A program made the position numbers and the translations under genes. The notes beneath the pieces are model-generated. The model worked only from the letters and a program-made list of their open reading frames with translations, was not told the DNA's origin and did not search any database. Below, in pieces: positions 28,433 through 38,047 of a stretch of DNA of 64,000 nucleotides. The number at the start of each line of letters is the position of its first letter. The first letter of the stretch is position 1. The DNA comes from Andalucia godoyi And28 (Eukaryota > Protista > Jakobida), in NCBI GenBank assembly GCA_009859145.1, contig VRVR01000025.1, positions 264,131 through 328,130 on the forward strand, in the 5' to 3' direction.

Positions 28433-30673
28433 TCAAAATTGATTCTGTTTTGCAGCACCAGACCAGCTTTCCAATTCCAAGGGCACCCGCAATGTTGGAA
28501 GTGCAAACTTCACCAATTGGAAGAACATCAGCGCGACTGCACCCATTGCGCACGCACCCACAATAGCCGTCCAGCAGTTATGGACATGGAAAAACGTTCC
28601 GACAAGAACGGAGCAGAATGACGGAACACCGTGCAGGCCGACGACGCTGGATGCATCATCCAAAAAGAGTTTTCGGCGAACAAGAAAGACGAAAGCGTGG
28701 GAGAGCAATCCCGACAGCAGTGCGCAGGCAAATCCCTGCCAAATTGTAAGAGAATCTGCGCAAGCAAGAATCGATATCACAGACGAAAACGCAATGCCTG
28801 AATCCAGATACAGGCCGGTGCCAACAACAAGTCCCACGAAGCCGATACAGACAACTGCAAAACTTGGCAAAGTTTTAGAGTACATTGTCGGGTAGCACAC
28901 CAAATTGAGCAAGACAGAAATGGCAACGAAGCCGCTGCCAAGTCTACCCGTCATAGTCCCCGAAGCAGTGAAGTAGTTTGGAGAGACATCCGTGGCTTCG
29001 CTCCCGCTCTGCAAGCCAGCAGCGTGCTTTGCATACTGTCTTGGACCAATGTACCAACAACCAACGGCGGCAAAGATGGACGGAACCAGATGAAATGTGG
29101 CTCCTGCGTAATCGTGGTAGTCCAAGTCCCATTTTTGGAGCATATACACAACGATCGGACAGATAACAGAGGAATATACAATTGCAGCGGCTGCGTGAAC
29201 CCACACGGATGTTCGCTCTGCCCAAGCCGAGGACATGATAAATACCCCTTGCATGCACAACGCTGCTACAGAAAACCATGTTTGATACGCATCATCTTCC
29301 TGGTAGACATCTTGGGGCTTATCTATGTGCAAATAGTCGAAAGTGCCGCGCGAAACCGGATACCCAACCAAAGAGACGCAGAGAACCACCACGGTGGCAA
29401 GAAGAAGATTTTTTTGCAGCACATTCTTCGACAGGGTCGGCCGCACAAAGACCATTTCACGAAGAGTGCAGCCAAGAAGAAGGAAAACCATCCATACGGC
29501 GGAGGCAGAAGTTTGCAACACTCGAATCTTGATCTGCTCCAGCCGAGTCTTGAGATCCTCGACGGAAAGATAATCCGAAGGAACCAACACGGTTTCGACG
29601 GGGTGGACGTAGATGGTTCTGAAAAAGTTTCGTCCCGCGACTTCTGACCAATTGAGAGACGCGTACTCGGTGAGAAACGTGAAATTCACCTTCGACAACG
29701 CTGTCGTGAACGAATCAAGTTCCCTGTGCACCATCGCCAACGTATCCAGAACCGGTGCCAATGTACTGTTCAGCATCGACATCGACGAAGAGCGAACTGC
29801 AGTTTCTGTTGCTGTGCCTGCCATGATTGCGGAAAGATTCGACTCTAGTACTTGCGAATACGTGAAGAGTCGCTGCAATTCCGACCGCATCCGTAGGAAT
29901 AAATCAGAGTCCGCATCCGTGAGCTTCACTTCAACGGTGAAGTTTGACAGCGAGGAGACATTGGCAGACAGATACGCGACATCGTCTTCGAATCCCTTCA
30001 GAAGCGTGCTGAGCTGCACGATTTCCGCACTGTGATTCAACAACGTACTCGACTTTACGCCGAACGTTGAATTGGCACTGAGCATCCGGTCCAGACCTTC
30101 TGTCAAGGAGCGGTTCATGTCGGCGTACAGCGAGGACCAGTTTCCACTGTTACTCGCAAGGTATTGCGCGAGAGCCAGATAAGAGGCATTCAACGCAGAG
30201 GACGCCGCTTCGTAGGCACCGACGGAGCTATATATTCGGGAGTCTTCGTGGAGCAAATCCACCAGAACCTGATACACGCGAGACATGTTTGGGATCAGAG
30301 AGAAAAACGAAATGACAGTTGCATTCAGCGATGTAATGTTGGACGAGAACACCAAATCCATTGCAGCCAGCTGCGACAGAGACTGGTTTTGTGCTGCCTG
30401 CAAGCTAAGGATCGAGGATACGGAAGCGTTGAGGTCGTTAGCACGGTTCGACAGCAAAGATATGTTCGCGCTCAAGTATTCATCGGCCCTCAGCAAGTCT
30501 GAAATCCACAGACTTGTTACATTCGCAAATGAAAACAGCTCTGCTAGTGTCGTGTCCGGGGTGATCGTGAAGTTGCTCTCCTTGGTGCCTTGGGCATGCA
30601 CGTTGTACCGTAGAAGGAGGCAGATCACAAATACATGTATTCCAAAGAAACGCAAGACATGGCTCGGCATCAT
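28433..30673 (-). CDS. Divergent ammonium-transporter (Amt)-like membrane protein with signal peptide and long glycosylated helical ectodomain
   Basis: The C-terminal ~350 aa carries Amt motifs (VRPTLSKNVLQKNLL, SSAWAERT, DYAGATFH, IGPR, LDDASSVVGLHG). The N-terminal ~360 aa has a signal peptide and 19 N-x-S/T sequons (counted). Confidence 0.75.
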   Translation of the reverse strand: MMPSHVLRFFGIHVFVICLLLRYNVHAQGTKESNFTITPDTTLAELFSFANVTSLWISDLLRADEYLSANISLLSNRANDLNASVSSILSLQAAQNQSLSQLAAMDLVFSSNITSLNATVISFFSLIPNMSRVYQVLVDLLHEDSRIYSSVGAYEAASSALNASYLALAQYLASNSGNWSSLYADMNRSLTEGLDRMLSANSTFGVKSSTLLNHSAEIVQLSTLLKGFEDDVAYLSANVSSLSNFTVEVKLTDADSDLFLRMRSELQRLFTYSQVLESNLSAIMAGTATETAVRSSSMSMLNSTLAPVLDTLAMVHRELDSFTTALSKVNFTFLTEYASLNWSEVAGRNFFRTIYVHPVETVLVPSDYLSVEDLKTRLEQIKIRVLQTSASAVWMVFLLLGCTLREMVFVRPTLSKNVLQKNLLLATVVVLCVSLVGYPVSRGTFDYLHIDKPQDVYQEDDAYQTWFSVAALCMQGVFIMSSAWAERTSVWVHAAAAIVYSSVICPIVVYMLQKWDLDYHDYAGATFHLVPSIFAAVGCWYIGPRQYAKHAAGLQSGSEATDVSPNYFTASGTMTGRLGSGFVAISVLLNLVCYPTMYSKTLPSFAVVCIGFVGLVVGTGLYLDSGIAFSSVISILACADSLTIWQGFACALLSGLLSHAFVFLVRRKLFLDDASSVVGLHGVPSFCSVLVGTFFHVHNCWTAIVGACAMGAVALMFFQLVKFALPTLRVPLELESWSGAAKQNQF

Positions 30674-31055
30674 GGCGGATGATGGTCCATTAAAGAAACG
30701 TCAATGCAATCAACAATGCCTGGACAAGGAAAAAAGAATTGCGCCCATCCCAAACAGTCCCCAATTCGGATTCCGGAAGCAGGAAAAAAAAAGGGGTGAC
30801 AGATGATCGGGCAATTTTTACGTATCAATTGATTCTTTCCGCTGGCCAAAGCATGAAACCGACTTGACTACGGTAGGAACATCGCGTTCCCATTGGGTAA
30901 GGAAAAACTTCTGGGATGATGTTGTTTGAGGTTCATACACGAAACCCATCCTGCCTTTCGCTCTTCCCATCCTTCATTTTGCCAAATGACCATTTTTCGC
31001 ACGATTTCTTTTTCTTTTTGCTGTCGAACGCGCACTTACACCAAAGAAAAAGGAC

Positions 31056-31083
31056 GAGTGAGTGAGTGAGTGAGTGCGTGTGC

Positions 31084-31120
<37 letters not shown>
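31056..31120. repeat. Compound microsatellite (GAGT)n(GT)n(GA)n immediately upstream of the CCDC86 ATG
   Basis: Directly visible; it ends 2 nt before ATG 31123. Confidence 0.9.
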
Positions 31121-31121
<1 letters not shown>

Positions 31122-31122
31122 A

Positions 31123-31455
31123 ATGACTGTTGGCAAGCCTACATCTGGTCGAGTTTGGAAGCAGCCCAGGGAGGCATTCGTGAAGACGTTCTGCCAGACC
31201 CCGACACCAGCTGTACATCCAACATATCTCAAGCGCCGCGCAGCCGATGCGAAATTGGCGAGTATTCGGCAGATTTCCAGGATGATGAAGGAGGAGAAGA
31301 AGATGGAAAAGGAGGCAGAAAAGGAGAGAATAAAGAAGGTCCACCAACGCAGACTGGAGAACGAAAAGAAGGCAGAAGTCGTTCAGACGATCAGCAATCC
31401 GCAGAAGATCAAGAAGATGAGCAAGAAACAGCTTCAAAACCTCCACAAGCGCTAA
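31123..31455 (+). CDS. CCDC86: CCDC86/Cgr1-family rRNA-processing coiled-coil protein
   Basis: N-terminal GKPTSGRVWK and C-terminal RRLENEKKAEVVQTISNPQKIKKMSKKQL are typical of Cgr1/CCDC86. Confidence 0.87.
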   Translation: MTVGKPTSGRVWKQPREAFVKTFCQTPTPAVHPTYLKRRAADAKLASIRQISRMMKEEKKMEKEAEKERIKKVHQRRLENEKKAEVVQTISNPQKIKKMSKKQLQNLHKR

Positions 31456-31620
31456 TACCGCAGTTGCCCTCCAGTCGTCGTTTCTTGTACATTCATGGTT
31501 TCATCTCTACGTGAATTACCGATGCTATTCTGATTTTGAGTATGGCTTTTTTGTTTTTGTTTTTTGACATTGACAAGGTAAAACAATCACGAGTACTGTT
31601 TTGAGTGTGGTCTTTTTTCC

Positions 31621-31809
31621 TTAGAGCTCTTTTTGATACTCTTTCAGTCGGGACTCATACTCGCGTCTCCACTCGGACGCATTGCCTGCGAAAACAACCG
31701 TGCGTGACGAACGAGCCCGCTGTCGCATCCACAATGCAAAGGCAGCAAGAAAAATACCGAGAAGAATAACAAAAGCTGCACTGCTTTCGGTGATCCACAT
31801 CGTCAGCAT
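31621..31809 (-). CDS. Small single-pass membrane protein (59-62 aa)
   Basis: GC-rich island between AT-rich spacers; hydrophobic helix AAFVILLGIFLAAFALWM followed by a basic/charged tail. Confidence 0.45.
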   Translation of the reverse strand: MLTMWITESSAAFVILLGIFLAAFALWMRQRARSSRTVVFAGNASEWRREYESRLKEYQKEL

Positions 31810-32141
31810 TGGCGATACTGTGCGCCAGGGGAGCGGAGAGCAGGGGAGGTGGTAATTTATATTGATTTAAAAAAATTAAAAAACCCCTCTCAAACAGAAG
31901 AAATACCGAGAGAAAGAAGAAGAAAAGAAGAAACAATGTGCCTTACCTACTTCCCTTCAGTGCACCCAGAATGTTGCGGGATTGCAGCAGCTCCAGCCCG
32001 CTTCAGAGGGATCAACTGGAGTTCTTTTTTTCTGCACGTAACGTAATAATCACAGGCGTCGTTAAAAATAAAATACTAACAATAGCAATGGTAATAATCA
32101 TAATATTGTTGTGTTGCGACAGCAGGCTGTACATGCTTTCC

Positions 32142-34061
32142 TCAGCTGCGTCTTCCTGTCTGCAGGCGAAGGACGACATACGCAAGGATGCGATAGGCAA
32201 CAATCATTGCAAACAAGACCCCGACATCGAGTCCACGGGTGTCGGTGTCGAATCCGTAAAAGTCGAGGACGGTGTCTCCAGAGAAGGTGCGCGGGCTTTG
32301 CACGGTACACACATTCGCTAGTGCTCCGGAATAGTCGCAGCGGAAGGACTCTCCGTGAAGCTCATTGTACGCCATGCTTCGGAAGGCGTACATATGAAAG
32401 CTGAGATAGGAGATCCATTTGAAATACGGCGGGATGTCTGTGAAGTTGAGAAAGAATCCGGAAACCAGCATAAACAGTCCAAACATTCCCGATGCGGCTG
32501 CAAGGCCTAGCAAGAATATTCGAGTGGAGGACGCAATAAGAACGACTATGGACTCGGCACAAAACAGCGCACCAAACAGCAGTGCAAAGAAGTAGCCGAA
32601 TCTGCCATCGACAAAGCCAACCCACCAGTACACAATGATTGAGACAAGCAAGGTAATCAGCAAAATCCACGGAAGAGACGCAAACGTACTGGCCATCAAG
32701 TACGAGGAGACCCGATAAGACCCATTACGACGCTCTCGGGTGAAGATAGCGCGATCGACGATTAGTTCCGGAAGTGACGCAACAGTCATGAAGCTCAAAA
32801 ACGCCACCAGAAAGAACAAAAGTGCAAGGCGATTGAACACGTCCGTCTCGGAATTGTTCATATTGGCATACAGAGTACCGAGAACGATCCCCATCATGAC
32901 AAACATTGCCACACGGACCCAGTACAGAGCAGGGTTCCTGATGGCGTTCTGAAAGTTCCGCTGCAGCAGAATTCCGAACTGCCGAATGGATGATCGCGCA
33001 TACGGCTCCACTGGATGCTTCATGTTCTCTCCGACAGCCACCACCCCATTTTCGGGGGCACGACATTCTGACTGCAAGCTCGCACCCGCCTCCAGCTGGG
33101 CCATCAGCTTCTTCTTCCCATCTGATTCTTCGTAGCCTTCGATGAGTTCCTGGACGTTCTCCGTTGTGGTACCCTTGAAATCCGTGTTGATCTTTTGCAT
33201 AAAGAAGTCGGCAGGATTCGCAAGCGGAGGGCATCTGTACCCGAGAGATCCGAAGAAGTCAATGGCAGTTTTTGCTGGTCCAAAGTACACGACCTCGCCG
33301 TGAGACAGCAGCATGATCTTGTCGAACTTTGCAAACAGCGTGGAGGAAGGCTGGTGGATCGTCGTTACTACAGTGCGGTTCTGTCTGGCCAGCTTGATGA
33401 TTCCATCCATCACTACGTTTGCAGCGGTAGAGTCCAAGCCTGACGTCGGAACGTCCAAGAATGCCAGACATGGCCTCGAAATCATCTCGATGCCGATTGC
33501 AAGACGCTTGCGCTGTCCACCGGATATTCCGCGGATAAACTGCCCACCGACAAGTGTGGAGGCGCAGATGCGAAGTCCAAGGTCATCAATGATGTTGTTC
33601 ACCAATCTTTTCTTTTCCTCGCTCCGCACAGAAGCCGGTAACTGCAGGTCTGCTGCATACATTAGCGTTTCGTACACAGACAGTGTCGCCATGAGATCGT
33701 CTGTTGCGTGGACGTATGCAGAGACACGCTTCAGTCTCGATTTTGCATCTTGTCTGGTGCATCCGTTGAACAGGATAGATCCCGTCAGTCGCTGGGAGGG
33801 CGCAATCGTGCCGGCGAGAATGTCCAGCAACAGCGTTTTCCCGCTTCCCGAGGCTCCCAAAATGGCAAGCACCTCTCCCGATCTCACGATCCCCGAGATG
33901 TTCTTGAGAAGGACCCTTGTCTGTCCGGGGTTCTCGGGATCGGGAATCGTAAAGGACACGTTCTTAAACTCCAGAGTGATCTCGCAAGAAGGCAGCAGGG
34001 TGTCCAGCGGGTCCATCCCTGGCCGTGTCATGTCAACCTTTACAGTATCTGCCCCAGACAT
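32142..34061 (-). CDS. ABCG (White-type) half-transporter with degenerate Walker B and Q-loop
   Basis: GASGSGKT, ISGGQRKR, FLDVPTSGLD (catalytic E replaced by V), YVHATDDL (no Q-loop Gln), TIHQPS; C-terminal ABC2-type TM domain. Confidence 0.95.
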   Translation of the reverse strand: MSGADTVKVDMTRPGMDPLDTLLPSCEITLEFKNVSFTIPDPENPGQTRVLLKNISGIVRSGEVLAILGASGSGKTLLLDILAGTIAPSQRLTGSILFNGCTRQDAKSRLKRVSAYVHATDDLMATLSVYETLMYAADLQLPASVRSEEKKRLVNNIIDDLGLRICASTLVGGQFIRGISGGQRKRLAIGIEMISRPCLAFLDVPTSGLDSTAANVVMDGIIKLARQNRTVVTTIHQPSSTLFAKFDKIMLLSHGEVVYFGPAKTAIDFFGSLGYRCPPLANPADFFMQKINTDFKGTTTENVQELIEGYEESDGKKKLMAQLEAGASLQSECRAPENGVVAVGENMKHPVEPYARSSIRQFGILLQRNFQNAIRNPALYWVRVAMFVMMGIVLGTLYANMNNSETDVFNRLALLFFLVAFLSFMTVASLPELIVDRAIFTRERRNGSYRVSSYLMASTFASLPWILLITLLVSIIVYWWVGFVDGRFGYFFALLFGALFCAESIVVLIASSTRIFLLGLAAASGMFGLFMLVSGFFLNFTDIPPYFKWISYLSFHMYAFRSMAYNELHGESFRCDYSGALANVCTVQSPRTFSGDTVLDFYGFDTDTRGLDVGVLFAMIVAYRILAYVVLRLQTGRRS

Positions 34062-34580
34062 CGTGCTTCCTGATTCTGTGGCGTTCCGCGTCTAGGATTT
34101 TTCTTCTTCTATGATGAAATTAACAAATTTAAATAACTGAATTTTTTATTTTTTAATAAAAAAGAAAAGAAAAGAAAAGAAAAGAAAAACGAAAACAGCA
34201 ACAACGACAAAACTCGCAAAGCAACAGCACAACATTTCTGTGTCGCGAACCCCGAGAAGGGAAAGATGCAGAGCGGGCATATTGAAGCGCAAAAAGACCG
34301 CTGGAAGTACTGGCAGTCTGGTACGGATAAAATGATAAAAATAGCCCGCGGCGGTGAGTTTTCCATCCAGAATTTTTGCGACGCCGCGAAAAATCAGCGC
34401 CCTAGCGCAAGAGAGCAAGCAGCACAAACACGTACGTTTCGTAATTCTGATGGTTGCTATTTCATTTAATTTTATTTTTTGATGGGTTTCAGTCTTTTTC
34501 TCTTGTTTCTCTAAGGGGTTGGGTGTTTTTTTTGGTTTTTTTGCTTCATTCGCGGGCTTTCGAATCATTTGCATACTGCG
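34062..34580. promoter_or_regulatory. Putative bidirectional promoter between head-to-head ABCG genes
   Basis: 519-bp spacer between divergent ATGs, with AT-rich flanks and a GC-richer core. Inferred from position only. Confidence 0.5.
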
Positions 34581-36521
34581 ATGTCGATGGAGTCAGAGCT
34601 AAGTGTCAGTACAGCAGATCTTCCCGGCACAGAACGAGCTGCTGCGGAAGCAGTCCAAGCAACGTCAAAGTTTTCACTGTCGGAGTTTCCGACGACTCTT
34701 CAGTTCGAAAATCTCTCCTTTTCCGTGGAAGTGAATTCCGTAGACCAGGATGGGAGGGGTGTGAAAGCCAGAAGGTACATTCTGCGAAATCTCAGCGGGG
34801 CTGTGAAGCCCGGAGGTGTGCTGTGTGTAATGGGACCGACTGGAAGCGGGAAGACAACATTTCTGGATGCCCTCGCCGGTCGCATTGGATCTGGGCTTTT
34901 GGAAGGAAAAATTCTGATCAACGGGGTGGAACGATCGGATCTCGGAGACCGGTTTGCTCGAATCGCTGGCTTCGTTCCGCAGTTCGAAGCGCTGCAGTCT
35001 ACACTGACCGTGATGGAGACCATGATCTATGCTGCAGAACTGAATCTGCCTTCCACAATGTCTCATCAGGAAAAGATCGAAAGGTGCTCAGAAATACTGG
35101 ATCAGATGGGGCTGCATTCTGTCCGCAACACGCTCGTCGGCGGACCGTTCCTGGCGGGGATCTCGGGGGGTCAAAGAAAACGTCTTGGAATCGCCGTTGA
35201 GCTGGTTACTGCAAAGCCTCTGCTTTTCTTGGACGAACCGACCACTGGTCTGGATTCGTCATCGAGTTTATTTGTCATGGAGCTCATTATCAATCTGGCA
35301 AAGAAGTACGGATGCACGATTGTGTGCACCATTCACCAGCCGCAGTTCCAGCTGTTTGAGCTTTTTGATCGGCTCCTTTTGCTCTCGCGAGGGAAAATGG
35401 TGTACATGGGCAAGGCGTCCGAGGGCCCCAGATTCTTTGAAGAATGCGGTGTTCCGGTTCCGCAGTACACGAATCCCGCAGACCACTTCCTCGATGTCCT
35501 GAACACCGATTTTTCTTCTTCTTCTTCTGCCACCTCTGCTGAAGCTGCCGAAGCTGCAGTCGTTGCAGAGCAGACCATCGACACAATGGTTTTGAAGTTC
35601 GCTGGATTTTTGCAGCAATCGGAAACCTCCAAATCGGACACATCTGCCACGGGCAATGATCGTCCATCCGCAGTTCCTGGCTCCGATTTCAATACGTCTG
35701 CAGCGCACCAACTGTGGTGGCTCCTGAAGAGATCTTTCTTGGATACTGCGCGCAACCCGCTGACGTTCTGGGCTTCTTTTGTTCTGTACGTTTCGCTTTC
35801 GTTGTTCATGGGTGTCTTGTATCTGAACATGAGCACCAACGTCGACCAGGTGCAAAACCGCATTGCGATTCTCTTCTTTATTGCCGCATTTTGTTCCTTT
35901 ATGAAAATTTCGAGTTTGCCGGGATTTGTGGAGCAGCGAGACGTGTTTGTGCGAGAACGTCTCAACGGGTACTACCGAGTGTGGGTGTATGCGCTTGCAA
36001 CATCCATCACCGCAATACCTTTTATTGTTCTGACGGCACTGGCGGCCGCCTCCTGTGTGTACTTTCTGGCAGACCTGCGATCCGGTGCAGGGCACTTCTT
36101 CTACTTTGCCGCGATGTTCGCGGCGGTTTTGTACGCAGCAGAAGGCCTTGTCATATCCTTTTCTGCTTTGATTCCGATGTACATCGTCGGACTGGCGCTG
36201 TCGTCGGGCATGTTTGGCATCATGATGCTCATGTGCGGATTCTTCATTCCCAAAATATCGCTTCCCGACGGATGGATTTGGGCGTACTACCTATCCATGT
36301 TCACTTATGCGTTTCGCTCAATGCTGTACAACGAGTTCAACGATGTGGACTACACATTGCCGAACGGCGCAGGAAAAATCGCAGGCCAAGAATTCCTTGT
36401 GCGCTTCAAAGCCGACTCGAATACGCTCGGGATGGACATTGGGATTGTGATCGCAATGGCCGTGTTCTACCGAATCCTGTTCTACGTGTTCCTCAAATAT
36501 CGACAGACAGGGAAGCGCTGA
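34581..36521 (+). CDS. ABCG (White-type) half-transporter with canonical motifs
   Basis: GPTGSGKT, FVPQ (Q-loop), ISGGQRKR, FLDEPTTGLD, TIHQP; C-terminal TM domain. The C-terminus QTGKR resembles the partner's QTGRRS. Confidence 0.95.
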   Translation: MSMESELSVSTADLPGTERAAAEAVQATSKFSLSEFPTTLQFENLSFSVEVNSVDQDGRGVKARRYILRNLSGAVKPGGVLCVMGPTGSGKTTFLDALAGRIGSGLLEGKILINGVERSDLGDRFARIAGFVPQFEALQSTLTVMETMIYAAELNLPSTMSHQEKIERCSEILDQMGLHSVRNTLVGGPFLAGISGGQRKRLGIAVELVTAKPLLFLDEPTTGLDSSSSLFVMELIINLAKKYGCTIVCTIHQPQFQLFELFDRLLLLSRGKMVYMGKASEGPRFFEECGVPVPQYTNPADHFLDVLNTDFSSSSSATSAEAAEAAVVAEQTIDTMVLKFAGFLQQSETSKSDTSATGNDRPSAVPGSDFNTSAAHQLWWLLKRSFLDTARNPLTFWASFVLYVSLSLFMGVLYLNMSTNVDQVQNRIAILFFIAAFCSFMKISSLPGFVEQRDVFVRERLNGYYRVWVYALATSITAIPFIVLTALAAASCVYFLADLRSGAGHFFYFAAMFAAVLYAAEGLVISFSALIPMYIVGLALSSGMFGIMMLMCGFFIPKISLPDGWIWAYYLSMFTYAFRSMLYNEFNDVDYTLPNGAGKIAGQEFLVRFKADSNTLGMDIGIVIAMAVFYRILFYVFLKYRQTGKR

Positions 36522-36692
36522 GACACGTCTTCTTCTTCTTGGCTCTTGCTGCCTGTCGCAGTGTGCCAGCCGTCATGAGAGGAGAACTGGGCGCCATCCA
36601 AGCGTTACGACTTGCGGTTGCCGGAATGTAATTATAAAATATTAATTTAAAAAATGAAGAGAAAAGAAAAATCGATTTCTTTTTGACAGGCC

Positions 36693-37040
36693 ATGCCAGA
36701 GCAAAGGGCGGTGATTACAAAAAATGTTGTAAGAAACTGGTTGCACCCGAACGATCGTCCTCGGACAGAACAGGAAAAAGCAATTTGGCGCAGGTCCTCC
36801 CGAGGGGAGGGGGTGTGCTCTGTGCTGCGGCGGAAGAAGAGTTTCAGCCCAAAAATAGCTGGATCACGAGCATCATCCGGTGTAGCCGCGGCAATCCAGT
36901 TTTCTGCATTGAACTTTACGCGTGTCCGTCAGCAATCATTGCAGCGTGAGCAGCGATCTGCTCAAAAAAGGAGATCAAGATCGCGGAGCGTGGCAGTCAC
37001 GGACGACAAAAAGACAATCCGCTCGGTCTTGGTGACTTGA
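36693..37040 (+). CDS. Possible small basic protein (115 aa)
   Basis: ATG directly after an AT-rich spacer and a GC-rich body. No homology recognised. Confidence 0.3.
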   Translation: MPEQRAVITKNVVRNWLHPNDRPRTEQEKAIWRRSSRGEGVCSVLRRKKSFSPKIAGSRASSGVAAAIQFSALNFTRVRQQSLQREQRSAQKRRSRSRSVAVTDDKKTIRSVLVT

Positions 37041-37253
37041 CCTCTCCCTCCTGCCCATTTTTTTTCTGTTGGTGGTTTGCTGGGAAATGCAGTGCTTCTG
37101 GGAGTTGCTTGAGAAACGCGCCGTGATCGTTCCTCGCTTCCTCTCTCCCCCTCCTAGCTTATAACTGGCTTACGACGACCCTTCTCACCGTTTCTGAATC
37201 GAAGTCTCTGGCACTTTCCCAAATTGCTCAAAGTTTGTGCCAGTATCATCACC

Positions 37254-37568
37254 ATGGGAAATTCGTGCCGGATCAGCAAAGTTCTCCCTGACAGCACCGG
37301 CGAAGCGGATGCACAATTTACAAAACTACGATTGCATTATTATTCCTCTGCTCGAGGTCGCAGAAATGCCGTGGACTCCGAACTCATTCTGCATGCTGGC
37401 AGTTTTGGAGACAAGACCAAGGTGGTGCGAGCATGGGAAGCTGCGCAAGTCCCACCGCAGCGCCGAACAGAGTCAATAATGACAGAATACGACGTTTTGG
37501 AGGATAAGGCCCCGGAATGCGGTGCCAGTGATCCGCAATCTGAAGATGGCTTTTTGTACGAATTGTGA
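37254..37568 (+). CDS. Small protein with N-terminal MGNSC acylation-type motif (104 aa)
   Basis: ACC-ATG context after a CT-rich leader; MGxxC start. Confidence 0.55.
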   Translation: MGNSCRISKVLPDSTGEADAQFTKLRLHYYSSARGRRNAVDSELILHAGSFGDKTKVVRAWEAAQVPPQRRTESIMTEYDVLEDKAPECGASDPQSEDGFLYEL

Positions 37569-38047
37569 GTTTTGGAATGAGATCTTTTGGGAGCGTTTCC
37601 TGTTTTGCTGCCGTCTCGTTTTTCTGTCCAACATTCGGATTCACGGGATCGTCATGGAAGTCGACCTCTGTGCCACGATTCCAGCGCAGAGGCTTGTCGT
37701 TTATGGTGTTTTTTTTGTTTTGTTTTTGCGTGCCATTTACGGGATCTGCTGTCTTTCGTCGTTTTACTGTTTGCACCATCGTTATTGCTGAATTGCACAT
37801 ACCAGTTCTTGCGATTGTGTGATGCGTGCTTCCAAAATTGCATCAGGTTGCGCGGTGCTGACCGACCTGCGTCCATAATGCGGAGCTATTCGTTCGGCTG
37901 CTGAATGATAGACTCCTAGTCATCCTGAACCTCCAGCACACATTCGCACATATTCATGAGATTCTGTCCGATTTACTTGCGAACGACACGGCGTTGTGCA
38001 GAGAATTCGTATTTTTTGTGCTCTTTAGTTAGCAATACTCACATTCT

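Noticed and set aside
6065-31122. N-terminal extensions in the ORF track (6065-6310, 22044-22226, 26893-27219, 31066-31122)
   Set aside because: They derive from CT-, AT- or GA-repeat leaders, often with non-ATG starts, giving F/L/S- or ER-repeat peptides. Downstream ATGs give natural N-termini.
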